From: Candidatus Saccharimonadota bacterium
GTDB lineage: Bacteria > Patescibacteriota > Saccharimonadia > Saccharimonadales > Saccharimonadaceae
Direction of reading: 5' to 3'
Assembly (NCBI GenBank): GCA_017545485.1
Contig: JAFWMY010000002.1
Span: 7,688 to 71,687 of the forward strand
Length of the DNA stretch: 64,000 bases
In this document: piece by piece, positions 44,430-53,522 of the stretch
Layout: each line of letters begins with the position of its first letter
How positions within the stretch are numbered: position 1 is the first letter of the stretch
Translations under genes and position numbers: made by a program
The notes under the pieces: generated by a model
What the model saw: the letters and a program-made list of their open reading frames with translations, nothing else
Told to the model about the DNA's origin: nothing
The model's database searches: none

Positions 44430-45292
44430 TTTTTGCTACTCTTTCTTTGACAGTTGGGACAAATGTGAGTGCCGCGACCTGCAACTTTGATTTTTTGGAT
44501 AGTGGCACCACATCTAGGACAGGGTTGATTTTCACGACGGAATACCTGAGCAAATAATTCTAAATAATCACCTTTGGTGCCATCTGCTTTAACGTAAGTC
44601 TGCATAGTAGACCCGCCGGATGCGATGGACTTGTCCATGACTTCTCTAGCAGACTGTAACAATAATTTTGCTTCTTGCTTCGTGATAGAACCGGATTTAC
44701 GTTCGGGATGAATTTTGGCGGCAAAAAGTGCTTCATCGGCATAAATGTTACCAAGACCACAAATAATAGTTTGGTCTAGAATGGTAGCCTTAATATTAGA
44801 ATTTTGATGACGTTGTAACCTCTCATAGAACTCTTGCTCGGTCATATCCCATGGCTCTTTGGCGAGTTTTCTGACAAAAGAGTCGTTTACAACTTCATTA
44901 GTAGGGATAATTTTGATAAAACCGAATTTGCGCTGATCATTAAAATAAAGAGTGCCGCCTTCCTTAAACTTAAGAATAACTCTTGTTTGTTTGTTTGGCA
45001 GTTTGGCGGTGAAATTTTCGCTAGGGTGACCGGCTGCATAGCGTTGTGATTTTTCTGTGCCTGGATCATAAATGAGCTGACCGGTCATGCGAAGGTGAAT
45101 CATGAGTGATGTTCCGTTATTTAAATCAATGATTAGGGCTTTACCAAACCGACGAAGACCTTTAACTATACCTCCTACTGGTTTTCCAATAAAAGATTTG
45201 TCGCAAAAGATTTCCGTGCTAACTAACTGCTTTTTAATGATGAATTTGCTTAGCCCACGACGAATTGTTTCAACTTCGGGGAGTTCAGGCAT
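44426..45292 (-). CDS. mutM: formamidopyrimidine-DNA glycosylase
   Basis: MPELPEVETIRRGL, an H2TH region, and an intact C-terminal zinc finger CPRCG...CPNCQ. Confidence 0.9.
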   Translation of the reverse strand: MPELPEVETIRRGLSKFIIKKQLVSTEIFCDKSFIGKPVGGIVKGLRRFGKALIIDLNNGTSLMIHLRMTGQLIYDPGTEKSQRYAAGHPSENFTAKLPNKQTRVILKFKEGGTLYFNDQRKFGFIKIIPTNEVVNDSFVRKLAKEPWDMTEQEFYERLQRHQNSNIKATILDQTIICGLGNIYADEALFAAKIHPERKSGSITKQEAKLLLQSAREVMDKSIASGGSTMQTYVKADGTKGDYLELFAQVFRRENQPCPRCGATIQKIKVAGRGTHICPNCQRKSSKK

Positions 45293-45923
45293 ATCGTTCT
45301 CCTAAATAATCATGCGTAAAGCTCTCTATCATATCCTCCATGAGGTCGTTCAGCCGTTTTTTGGAGTAAAAAATATATTTTTCTCCTTTTATATTAGAAG
45401 AAAGAACGTCTGATAGAAGTATGTTTTCAACTGTTTCAATATCTTCTTTAGTAATATTGGTGGCGCTAATTTGATTTGCGCGCTTAACTAAGTTTTGAAG
45501 ACGAGACGGATCGTAGCCTAAGTGATGATGAAAACTATTATCATAAAGCCAAAAATCATGATGTTTTATTTTGCGTTTTTCCTCTCGGCTTTTCCCTTCG
45601 CCTAGTTTATGACGTTTGATGGTGCGATAAAAATCATAATTAAAGAACCCATCAGTATATAAGTGAAATAAATAGCCTAAAAATAATGGATCTTTTTGGT
45701 TAATTTTAGATTTATTTTCAGCATAAAAATTAAGTGATGATTTTTGATTGAAGGCGTAGTGGGTTTCGTTATGGTCTTTTATGGTTTTTACTTTATTCAC
45801 ATAGCCGTTGTTAATATCTGGCAAGAGGCAACCGAGTAGAAATTCTTCTCGTTCTTTGCCTTTAAGCTTGAGTTTATCTGCCAAACGATTCCCCGCTTCT
45901 AGATGTGTATTCCAACTTGGCAT
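45285..45923 (-). CDS. hypothetical protein, possibly zinc-dependent phospholipase C-like fold
   Basis: MPSWNTHLEAGNRLA...LLPDINNGY...HLYTDGFFNYDF. Confidence 0.3.
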   Translation of the reverse strand: MPSWNTHLEAGNRLADKLKLKGKEREEFLLGCLLPDINNGYVNKVKTIKDHNETHYAFNQKSSLNFYAENKSKINQKDPLFLGYLFHLYTDGFFNYDFYRTIKRHKLGEGKSREEKRKIKHHDFWLYDNSFHHHLGYDPSRLQNLVKRANQISATNITKEDIETVENILLSDVLSSNIKGEKYIFYSKKRLNDLMEDMIESFTHDYLGERYA

Positions 45924-45974
45924 ATCTATATTCTATCATATATATAATATATGGTGAGGCGAAATTGTGGAAAA

Positions 45975-46023
45975 ACGCTATATTTAGTGTAGAAAAGGTA
46001 TTGACAGACGCTATATGTAGGGT
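45975..46023 (+). promoter_or_regulatory. tandem NrdR-box-like operators
   Basis: ACGCTATATTTAGTGT (45975-45990) and ACGCTATATGTAGGGT (46008-46023) match 14/16 and 13/16 positions of the NrdR box consensus as I recall it (acaCwAtATaTwGtgt). Their starts are 33 bp apart, and the second box fills the promoter spacer. Confidence 0.6.
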
Positions 46024-46029
46024 TAGAAT
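46001..46029 (+). promoter_or_regulatory. sigma70-type promoter of the mini-NrdD gene
   Basis: TTGACA (46001-46006), a 17-nt spacer, TAGAAT (46024-46029). An untranslated leader of about 125 nt runs to the ATG at 46161. Confidence 0.6.
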
Positions 46030-46160
46030 AGGTTATAGGTAATGCTTAAAAACACATAAATAGCTAGGCAGAGCGTAAATTTACTAAGTAAAACGTTGAA
46101 TATAAAACGAAAGGTACAAAGTAGAACGTCCGCCCGACATAGCGAAAGAAAGGAAAAACC

Positions 46161-46598
46161 ATGAAGAAAATAATCTACAGAAACCCAAATGAAGTAGAAA
46201 ATTTTGATTTAAAAAGATTTACTAAATCGGTTTCTAAGTATGCGAAGGTGTCAGAGAAAGAGGTTAAAGAAGCTTTGGCAGATTTTGATCAATACGAGAC
46301 AATGCATGTTTCGTGCCTAGTGGAAGTAGGGATGAAACTAATTGGGGCAAAGGCCGGCGATAAAGCGATGAAAGAATATTTTGATGAACACGATATGTGG
46401 TTTGAAGAAGGTAAATTTGAGAGACTTCGCAGAATTACTGGTTACCTAGTAGGGACTTTGGACAGATGGAACGATGCAAAGAAGGCAGAAGAAAAGGCTA
46501 GAGTGAAACATTGTGTGAACTCATCTATTGATGATGCGGAGAGACTGGTTGCATTGGAAACACAAGCGATGGCACAAAACATTGCATATGCGCGCTAA
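46161..46598 (+). CDS. 145-aa protein: ATP-cone-like N-terminus plus class III ribonucleotide reductase (NrdD) glycyl-radical C-terminal motif, no catalytic barrel
   Basis: C-terminus RLRRITGYLVGTLDRWNDAKKAEEKARVKH versus the E. coli NrdD tail RRVCGYLGSPDARPFNAGKQEEVKRRVKH (from memory). N-terminus IIYRNPNEVENFDLKRFTKSV. GAAAGGA SD. Confidence 0.6.
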   Translation: MKKIIYRNPNEVENFDLKRFTKSVSKYAKVSEKEVKEALADFDQYETMHVSCLVEVGMKLIGAKAGDKAMKEYFDEHDMWFEEGKFERLRRITGYLVGTLDRWNDAKKAEEKARVKHCVNSSIDDAERLVALETQAMAQNIAYAR

Positions 46599-48322
46599 TT
46601 CTTGCCAGTATTAGGAGTTTTTGGAATAAGGATTTCGGGGACAACGGAATCCTTATTTTTTAACTGAACGGAAACTGGCTCACCGCGAGTATCTGAAGAA
46701 AATGGAACTAAAGTTAGGACGTTTTCTCGGTTAGAGTTTAAGTTCGTAATTGTAAATTCTGTAAAGTCAGTAACGCCAAGTATGGTGTCGTTTAGAATAA
46801 CTATAGCTTTCTCGGCATCAGTAGTGATATTAATTTTGTATTCTGTGTCGGAGAGAGGTGAGATATTGTTAATTTCTAGGTGAGGGGCATCATAGCCTGT
46901 GTCTTCTAGTGACTCTTCTACTCTTGGAAGGCTGTCATATCGGGCGATGATAGTATCGGTTAATATGCTTAAATCGTCCAAAGTGGAGGCGACAGCACCG
47001 CTAGTAGCTTCTGCGAGAGGCTGGTAAGTCGCAATGTTCCCTGGCGTAGTGATGATGTAAAAATTGACTGGGTCAATTTGTTGACTAAGAGTTTTAACAT
47101 CAAAAAAAGTAGTGCCATCGTGGTCGGGTGAGTGATAACCGGCGTCTGTGAGAATGACAAGAGATTTTGTAGAGCCAAAGTTCCAATTCAAGCTTTGCAT
47201 GACATGAAGAGAAGCAGAAAGGAGCGATTCGTCTGCATCACCGCCATTATTGGCAACTATTTCTGCCAAGCCAGCTTGAAAGGTTTCATAGGTACAAGTT
47301 TCAAAATTACATCTCTCAGTTGGTTGATATGGATCATTTAAATCACGATAGTCATAAAGAGCGACACGACCGCCTGCGTTAAGAGTTTTTTCGGCTAGGC
47401 GCAATGCTTCGGCTTTATATTCTTCTATGAGTGAGCTCATAGAACCAGTTGAATCAATCAAAATAGCCGTGTCGTGCGGTGAAGTATATTCGTTAGAAAA
47501 GCCAAACTCCATGGCAATTTTGCTAAAAATAAAACGAGAGGCATCTTCATAAAGATTGTCTTTGTCATACGAGGTATGACTACTAACGCTATAATGTGAA
47601 CTACAAAAGATATCATGCTTGTTGCACCATACTCCTACTTTACCTGCATAGTCTGCGGTTGTATATGGTTCCTTGGCGCCTAGTAGCCCTTTGTAGGCAC
47701 GGCAGTCTGGGACATAAACACGATATTCTGAAAGGTTATCGCCTTTGCAAGCAGGTGGGATCATGCCAAATCCTTCTGGAAGATATATTTTTGGATCACC
47801 AAAAGTTGCGGCGTATATAAGTTTACTTGGATTTAACTTTTGGAGTGCGCCCGAAACAACCATTGCGCCTTGCGAATAACCGGCGACAACGTATTTAGTG
47901 TTTTTACAAACGCTGCTATTGACTTGGCTGACGAGATTAGCAATTCCCTGCTTCACACTTTCGCCAAATGCATAAGATTCACCGCCACTAATAAGAGCGC
48001 CTAAAGCAACTGAAATATTATCGGCCCCAACTCCAATTGCGGGATAGTCCAAATCTTCTATTTCATAGCTAAGACTTGAAGTGTTTAGTTTTGATTCCAT
48101 AGCAGACTTAAATGTAAGAAAATCGTTGTTGTTGTATCTTTCACCGCCAGAGCCACGGGCGAAAATTACTTTGAGGTCTGGGCATGATATTGCGTTTGTT
48201 TGACTTGATGTTGGTTTAAGAAGTGGCTGGCCAAGAAGCGTAGCTAGTAAAGCAATATATATGAAAATGCGAGGCGGAGCGAGTGGTTTTCCATGTACGA
48301 CACTTTTTGCTGTTTTTGGCAT
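46595..48322 (-). CDS. secreted cutinase-family serine esterase fused to a von Willebrand factor A domain
   Basis: CPDLKVIFARGSGGE and GYSQGA (cutinase), then AILIDSTGSMSS (vWA MIDAS DxSxS). I place the start at the ATG at 48322 with an AAGGAG SD. The C-terminus is ...IPKTPNTGKN. Confidence 0.7.
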   Translation of the reverse strand: MPKTAKSVVHGKPLAPPRIFIYIALLATLLGQPLLKPTSSQTNAISCPDLKVIFARGSGGERYNNNDFLTFKSAMESKLNTSSLSYEIEDLDYPAIGVGADNISVALGALISGGESYAFGESVKQGIANLVSQVNSSVCKNTKYVVAGYSQGAMVVSGALQKLNPSKLIYAATFGDPKIYLPEGFGMIPPACKGDNLSEYRVYVPDCRAYKGLLGAKEPYTTADYAGKVGVWCNKHDIFCSSHYSVSSHTSYDKDNLYEDASRFIFSKIAMEFGFSNEYTSPHDTAILIDSTGSMSSLIEEYKAEALRLAEKTLNAGGRVALYDYRDLNDPYQPTERCNFETCTYETFQAGLAEIVANNGGDADESLLSASLHVMQSLNWNFGSTKSLVILTDAGYHSPDHDGTTFFDVKTLSQQIDPVNFYIITTPGNIATYQPLAEATSGAVASTLDDLSILTDTIIARYDSLPRVEESLEDTGYDAPHLEINNISPLSDTEYKINITTDAEKAIVILNDTILGVTDFTEFTITNLNSNRENVLTLVPFSSDTRGEPVSVQLKNKDSVVPEILIPKTPNTGKN

Positions 48323-48460
48323 AGTGTCTCCTTTTTTATGGGGGAAATTATAAACATGGAAAAATTGAAAAAACAACCCCTGTATCCCGCTATTTGTTGC
48401 ATAAGTGCTTTGGAAGAAAAAGGTTAAGGTTTACTTTAAATATGAAACATTTTTAAATAA

Positions 48461-50875
48461 TTAAAGCTCGCCCCAATTTGTTCCTGTGGTGACTTCAACC
48501 GCAAGTTTAACTTTGAGTTCAGGTGCAACGGATTCCATTTCGGTTTTAAGAATCTTACCTACAGAATCGGCTTGAGCTTTATCGCATTCAACAATAAGAG
48601 AATCATGGACCTGCATGATTAAATCGGCGCCTTTTGGTAAGGCCTGATTAACTTTAATCATGGCACGTTTCATTAGATCGGCCTCGGTCCCCTGAATTGG
48701 CATATTTTGCGCGGCGCGTTCGGCAGCTTGGCGGATGATAAAGTTAGACGACCTAACATCTGGAGTAGGACGACGACGGCCATAGAAGGTCTCCACGTAC
48801 CCTTCTTCCCTTGCTTGCTTTAGTATTTCGTCTAGCTTCTGCTTAATTGGGGCACGAAGTTTAAAGTAATTATCAATAAATTGTTTTGCCTCGCCAATTG
48901 GCATTTTAGCGGCGTCAGAAAGACCTTTGACACTCATGCCATAAAGCACGCCAAAGTTAATAACTTTAGCAGCACGACGTTGCGTTTTGGTGACTTTATC
49001 CATTGGAACGTTAAATGCCTCAGAGGCAGTTTTAGTATGAATATCTATGTCATTATTAAAATCGTTGATGAGCGCTTCGTCATTTGACAAAACTGCAGCG
49101 AGACGGAGCTCAAACTGTGAATAATCGGCGGAAACGAGAACTCTGCCTTTGGGGGCGATAAAGCCCGTGCGAATGCGTTTCCCCTCTTCAGTGCGAACTG
49201 GAATATTTTGTAAATTAGGATCTTTGGAGCTAAGACGTCCAGTAGCTGTAACGTTTTGGGTAAAAGTAGTGTGGATGCGACCATCTGCATCTGCTAAATC
49301 TGGCATTGGAATAATATAGGTATTTAAGAGTTTAGCAGCCTCGCGGTGTTCAGTGATAACATCAATGATTGGGTGAGAGCCCTTTAGCTTTTCTAACTCC
49401 TTGGCGCCGGTAGAATAGCCACGAGTGGTCTTTTTGATGCCTTTGGTAGGAAGTTGAAGCTTCGTAAATAAAATTTCAGATAGTTGGATTGGCGAATTAA
49501 CATTAAAATCAGCACCAGCGAGGTCTTGAATCTCTCTTTCTAACCTTGTAACTTCGGCAGTGTATTCGGCCTGAAGGGCTTTAAAATAATCTCGGTCAAT
49601 TAACATGCCTTTCTCTTCCATTTTATATAGAATTGGGATTAACGGCAGATCAAATTCTGTATAAACATTGAATAATCTTGGATATTTTTGGAGATTAGTA
49701 AACTGGGTTTGGAATTCCTCTTCGGGGACAGACAAACGTGGTTCTTCCCTCGCTAAAGGATTTAACAAAAATGCAGCTTGACCAAGATCCCAGTATTTTG
49801 CGCCGTCATCTAAAATTTTTTTTGCGATTTCTTTATTATTATGCATTGAAAGTTTGATATCCCAATCAATGAGTAAGCCTTTGGCGGAAGCCATCTGATG
49901 GTTTTTCGGGCTCGTTTCCTCGCGACCATTTGCCTCCGGTATTTCGTTCTGAGAGTTATGTAACTTAGTCGCTTCGTTCGGACCGTGATTCTCGCGGGGC
50001 ACGGTTTCTACTAATTTCTCCTTCTCAAGTTTACGGATCAGAGAGTTAAATTCAAGTTTTTTGAGACCAGAAATAACTTGATTGTGATTAAAAGTGAAGT
50101 CTGGTATGTCTGACAACTTGATAGGGGCATCGGTCATGATTTTGGCGAGTTTTTTAGACATATAGGCCGAGTCTTTGCCGGCTTCTAGTTTAGTTTTAGT
50201 TGAGCCAGAAATTTGATTCAAATTATTATACACGCCATCAAGATCGCCGTAATCGTTGAGCAATTTAGCAGCGGTTTTTTCGCCAATGCCTGGTACGCCT
50301 GGAATATTATCAGAAGAATCGCCTTTAAGTGCTTTAAGATCTAGAAATTGTGATTTGTCAATGCCATATTTTGCTTCTAATTCTGGAACATTAATTTGTT
50401 CAATATTGGTAAAACCTTTGAGAATACGCCACATGTGAGTGTTGTCATCTACGATTTGAAGCATATCAAGATCCGATGAAATAATGAAAGTCTCCCAGTC
50501 GCCAGCATCGTCAGCCTGCTTAGATAGAGTCCCAATGATGTCATCCGCTTCGTAATCTTCAATTTCGGTAAATTCCCAGCCCAAACTATGAATTAGTTCT
50601 TCAAGCAATGGAATTTGAGTATAAAAATCTTCGCCTGGTTTGATGCGACCAGCTTTATAATCTTTATAAATCGCACGGCGTTTGGAGGTGGAAGATTTAG
50701 AATCCCAGGCAACTACAACCTTGGTAGGGTTTAGCTTTTTGACGATTTCCATTGAAATTGCAGCGAAGCCATAAATCCCGCCAGTAGGTGTGCCATCCGT
50801 GAGGCTAAGTGCGCCCATAGCATAATAACCACGGTAAAACACCGATTTTCCGTCTATGATAACAAGTCGCTTCAT
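48461..50875 (-). CDS. polA: DNA polymerase I
   Basis: 5' nuclease domain (LVIIDGKSVFYRGYYA, DSSDNIPGVPGIGEKTA) and polymerase motifs (DYSQFELR, RRAAKVINFGVLYG, QVHDSLIVE). Confidence 0.95.
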   Translation of the reverse strand: MKRLVIIDGKSVFYRGYYAMGALSLTDGTPTGGIYGFAAISMEIVKKLNPTKVVVAWDSKSSTSKRRAIYKDYKAGRIKPGEDFYTQIPLLEELIHSLGWEFTEIEDYEADDIIGTLSKQADDAGDWETFIISSDLDMLQIVDDNTHMWRILKGFTNIEQINVPELEAKYGIDKSQFLDLKALKGDSSDNIPGVPGIGEKTAAKLLNDYGDLDGVYNNLNQISGSTKTKLEAGKDSAYMSKKLAKIMTDAPIKLSDIPDFTFNHNQVISGLKKLEFNSLIRKLEKEKLVETVPRENHGPNEATKLHNSQNEIPEANGREETSPKNHQMASAKGLLIDWDIKLSMHNNKEIAKKILDDGAKYWDLGQAAFLLNPLAREEPRLSVPEEEFQTQFTNLQKYPRLFNVYTEFDLPLIPILYKMEEKGMLIDRDYFKALQAEYTAEVTRLEREIQDLAGADFNVNSPIQLSEILFTKLQLPTKGIKKTTRGYSTGAKELEKLKGSHPIIDVITEHREAAKLLNTYIIPMPDLADADGRIHTTFTQNVTATGRLSSKDPNLQNIPVRTEEGKRIRTGFIAPKGRVLVSADYSQFELRLAAVLSNDEALINDFNNDIDIHTKTASEAFNVPMDKVTKTQRRAAKVINFGVLYGMSVKGLSDAAKMPIGEAKQFIDNYFKLRAPIKQKLDEILKQAREEGYVETFYGRRRPTPDVRSSNFIIRQAAERAAQNMPIQGTEADLMKRAMIKVNQALPKGADLIMQVHDSLIVECDKAQADSVGKILKTEMESVAPELKVKLAVEVTTGTNWGEL

Positions 50876-50876
50876 T

Positions 50877-51314
50877 CTATAATCCTATATATTCGCGGCC
50901 AATTTTGCGCGATATTAATGCTTTAATAGTGGCGAGGATTTTTGGTTTTTCTGAGCATGCACCAAGCTCGCAGAGCTCAATTGTATCTTCGTCATATTTT
51001 AAAGTAGTAGTATTAATGCTGTCATAAATGAGCATGCTGCGATTCACTATATTATCATTAACGCTCTCGTCTTCTACAATAATGTGGTCATCATAAACAT
51101 AATATTTAGTACGAATTCTACTGCCCTCGGTATAATTATCTGTAACTGAAAATTTATACCCTTCTGGAACTGAGGCAGAAACCTCGCTATTCATAGTGTT
51201 AATAAAAGTATATATTAGAGTGCCAATGCAAATTGCCGCAAATGCCCAAAGCGAGTAGCGCATCCAGTTCCCTTTTTTGTAGGCTACGTTTGAAAGCTTA
51301 GCAATATCGGTCAA
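50877..51314 (-). CDS. hypothetical membrane-anchored protein
   Basis: 145 aa with one TM helix. Start is either the TTG at 51314 or the ATG at 51263. Confidence 0.45.
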   Translation of the reverse strand: MTDIAKLSNVAYKKGNWMRYSLWAFAAICIGTLIYTFINTMNSEVSASVPEGYKFSVTDNYTEGSRIRTKYYVYDDHIIVEDESVNDNIVNRSMLIYDSINTTTLKYDEDTIELCELGACSEKPKILATIKALISRKIGREYIGL

Positions 51315-51877
51315 AACTCAATCTCCTTTAATAACTTCTTTAAATCGTTCTGCATGTCTTCTATGGTGCCGTTGTTTAAAATGTAGTAGTCAGCTGCGAC
51401 AATGGGACCACCTTTTTCAAGGTTTTCAATTTCGCTACGATCGCGCTCGCGGATGGCTTTAGCATCAAATGAGCGACCGGGGCGCTTCGCAACCCGTTCA
51501 TAACGCAGGTGTTTGTTTACTACGATAGCGAGGAAAGTAAGACATTTGGGAAATTCACGTCTTAGAATTTTATACTCGGTCCATGAATAGACGCCATCCA
51601 AGACAATGCGTTTCTGACCGGCGGCGATAAGATCTTTTGTTTCAGCAACAACTTGGTTGACTACCCAATCTTTGCCTTCTTCTTCTCTGATTTGTTCACG
51701 GAATTTTTTCTCAGACTCACCGTCTTCAGTGCGTGGGATACCGCGTTTTTCCATTTCTTTGTAAATCATGCCCCCAAAATATACTTTAGGATAGCCTTGG
51801 TCAGTGAGATAATCAACAGCTACCGATTTGCCAGCGCCAGGCATGCCAACGATGGCAAGAATTTTAACATTGTCCAT
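51311..51877 (-). CDS. P-loop nucleotide kinase (dephospho-CoA kinase / UPF0200-like)
   Basis: MDNVKILAIVGMPGAGKS. I place the start at the ATG at 51877; the track's 80-aa extension overlaps the divergent gene. Confidence 0.5.
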   Translation of the reverse strand: MDNVKILAIVGMPGAGKSVAVDYLTDQGYPKVYFGGMIYKEMEKRGIPRTEDGESEKKFREQIREEEGKDWVVNQVVAETKDLIAAGQKRIVLDGVYSWTEYKILRREFPKCLTFLAIVVNKHLRYERVAKRPGRSFDAKAIRERDRSEIENLEKGGPIVAADYYILNNGTIEDMQNDLKKLLKEIEF

Positions 51878-51893
51878 GATATAATTGTACCAT

Positions 51894-52706
51894 ATGAAAA
51901 TGTTTTTTACGACAGGTGATGCTTTAGATGAAATAATCTGTAAAACAATGCCTGACAACAAAGTATTAGAAACAAAACATATCTTAACTGGGTGGACAAA
52001 TATTGTAATTGAGGTAAAAACAGATGCTGGGTCGTATTTTTTTCGCTTTCCTAGAAACCCTTTTTGGTCACGAATGATTGTAAAGGATGCAGCGGTATGT
52101 AACTTTGTGGATGGCAAAACTTCTTATTATACGCCTCAGATGAAATTATGTTATGACGCCCAAGGTAGGCCATTTTCAGTGCACAAAAAAATTGAAGGAT
52201 ATACTCTGGGAGATAGAATATATCATTTATCGCATACGGCTTTGACTGGGGTAGCTTACGATGTAGCAAAGTTTATAAAGGAACTTTCAGGAATTGATTT
52301 AAGAGGTGCACCACAAGAAGTGAAACATCCATTGAGTGAGTTCTTGCATGAACTGGATTATGAACACTACGATAAGCACATAGATGCTGACCATAAATAT
52401 ATAAAGAAGACCGAAGGCTCTTCCCTAGTACATGGGGATTTAAACCTTGGAAATATTTTGTTAAATAAAGATGATAAAGTAATCGGCGTAATTGATTTTG
52501 CGTTTGCTGGAACCGGTAATCCAAATATGGATGTGGCGAGAATGGTTTCGCGGCCAGCACCAGAAGATTTTGAAAAAGAGTTCTTAGGCTATTTTGAAAA
52601 TACTGGCGAAATAGAACGAATGAAAAAGGCTTGGAAGCATATTGATAACGGATACGCTGAGCATATTCGGGCGCATTTTCCAGAGATTAATTTGAATCAA
52701 CTTTAG
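51894..52706 (+). CDS. aminoglycoside/choline-kinase-family phosphotransferase (APH fold)
   Basis: LVHGDLNLGNILL...VIGVIDFAFAG (Brenner and DFG-like motifs). The ATG at 51894 lies 8 nt after TGATATAAT. Confidence 0.7.
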   Translation: MKMFFTTGDALDEIICKTMPDNKVLETKHILTGWTNIVIEVKTDAGSYFFRFPRNPFWSRMIVKDAAVCNFVDGKTSYYTPQMKLCYDAQGRPFSVHKKIEGYTLGDRIYHLSHTALTGVAYDVAKFIKELSGIDLRGAPQEVKHPLSEFLHELDYEHYDKHIDADHKYIKKTEGSSLVHGDLNLGNILLNKDDKVIGVIDFAFAGTGNPNMDVARMVSRPAPEDFEKEFLGYFENTGEIERMKKAWKHIDNGYAEHIRAHFPEINLNQL

Positions 52707-52715
52707 ATTAATAAA

Positions 52716-53522
52716 CTAAAAATTATCGTCTAATAAGTATTCTATTTTAGCTTCTCTTCTCTCGTCGTCGTCTTTTTTTGGTAAGGTGTTACGGGAGGAA
52801 TAATCTTTAAAGATATTTAGACAATTTGCAACGGGGCCGTCATAAACTGGTGGCTTATCATATACGCTCCAGAGGACAATACGAGTATCTGAGGCGCTTT
52901 CTGCATAAAACTGTAGGGCTTTTTCAGTGGCGCGAATAAATTCTAATTCGGTTTCTTTGGAATGACGCCACGCGCGACCGCTTAAATATTGTTCAGTGAC
53001 TGTCGGGGAAATCGCAATCATGAGAATTAATAGTTTATAATCTCCTGCTTTTAATAGCCTCAGTAAAATTGCCTCCATTTCAGGATCCAGCAGTGTAACA
53101 TCAAGGATAATATCGTAGCCGCCTTTGATAAGCTCGGAAAGAGCTAAAAATAGCATAATGGTGGCAAATTCGTCAGTATTTTTGCGAAGGTTCTCATCGC
53201 CATAATAATCTTTTATTTCTTGGTAATGGGGATGATATTCTACGAATTTTCTGGCAGCCATTAAGATAGGCTCATAACCATTTTTTTCGCAATAGGCTTC
53301 AACTGCGGGCAAGATTTGAGTAGTTTTGCCAGAACCTGAGATGCCAGCAAGACGGATGAGGTGATGGTTTTTAGTAGCAGCGAGAGTAAAATCGTCCATT
53401 GCTTTTTGTAAAATGGCGGGATATTCAGCCAAACCAACTTGCCATTCTGGTTTAACCTCACTAGGCCAGTGAGATTTCATGTACTTAATAATTTGCTCTA
53501 AATCGTGATTACTTTCAGGCAT
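52716..53522 (-). CDS. zeta-toxin-like / AAA_33-type P-loop kinase
   Basis: RLAGISGSGKTTQILPAV. AAGGAAG SD. Confidence 0.45.
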   Translation of the reverse strand: MPESNHDLEQIIKYMKSHWPSEVKPEWQVGLAEYPAILQKAMDDFTLAATKNHHLIRLAGISGSGKTTQILPAVEAYCEKNGYEPILMAARKFVEYHPHYQEIKDYYGDENLRKNTDEFATIMLFLALSELIKGGYDIILDVTLLDPEMEAILLRLLKAGDYKLLILMIAISPTVTEQYLSGRAWRHSKETELEFIRATEKALQFYAESASDTRIVLWSVYDKPPVYDGPVANCLNIFKDYSSRNTLPKKDDDERREAKIEYLLDDNF

